DNA of 64,000 nt, from positions 118,286,056-118,350,055 of the forward strand of contig NC_068984.1 in assembly GCF_001194135.2 (NCBI RefSeq), in the 5' to 3' direction. Numbering within the stretch: the first letter of the stretch is position 1; every line of letters begins with the position of its first letter. The notes beneath the pieces are model-generated. The model saw nothing but the letters and a program-made list of their open reading frames with translations. It was not told the DNA's origin and made no database searches. Of the stretch, positions 63,641-64,000 are shown piece after piece. The DNA comes from Octopus bimaculoides. Taxonomy: Eukaryota. Both the position numbers and the translations under genes were made by a program.

Positions 63641-63918
63641 ACATTGCTATAAAAATATAAATAATATGCATCGTTGACTAAAACTGCTCTTTTTCCTTAC
63701 AGTATCTTTATTTCTAATCAACTTTTTTGTGTTCTTTCCATTTAAGTATGCTAACACTTACTTAAATATTGATAGATATCTCCGATTGAGAAAGGTCAAG
63801 CAATCAACATTCTGAGTTGGGCGAATACATCAGATTAATAAATACTTTTATATACATACAAATATATATATATATATATATGTCAGTATGTGTTTATATA
63901 TGTGTCCGTATATGTATG

Positions 63919-63959
<41 letters not shown>

Positions 63960-64000
63960 CTGTGTGTGTGTGTGTATACATATACATATATATATATATA

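Overview
AT-rich, gap-riddled eukaryotic scaffold. The SINE families and the (CA)n/(TA)n/(GATA)n load point to a cephalopod, probably Octopus (inference). No intact long protein-coding gene can be proven; most long ORFs in the track are microsatellite or N-gap artefacts. The window is dominated by mobile DNA. It holds three modular tRNA-derived SINE families; a Chapaev3-type deletion derivative with TIRs and a TTA TSD; a gag-only Gypsy LTR element with a 5-bp TSD; and a 590-bp fold-back element with an 8-bp TSD and a palindromic TTAGGG core. It also holds fragments of Dong/R4, HERO-like, RTE and Penelope retroelements, and an ORF1-only Tx1/L1-like element. The most interesting signal is a dispersed set of small type I hammerhead-ribozyme folds: three near-intact (34.1, 37.2, 61.3 kb) and two decayed (10.7, 63.6 kb), none next to a recognisable RT. 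A G-rich 3' stem-loop with compensatory changes is shared by two otherwise divergent non-autonomous retro-inserts. Chains of small phase-compatible candidate exons suggest a minus-strand gene (0.8-17.6 kb) and a plus-strand spliced transcript (37.5-45 kb), both low confidence. SINE and fragment boundaries are approximate.
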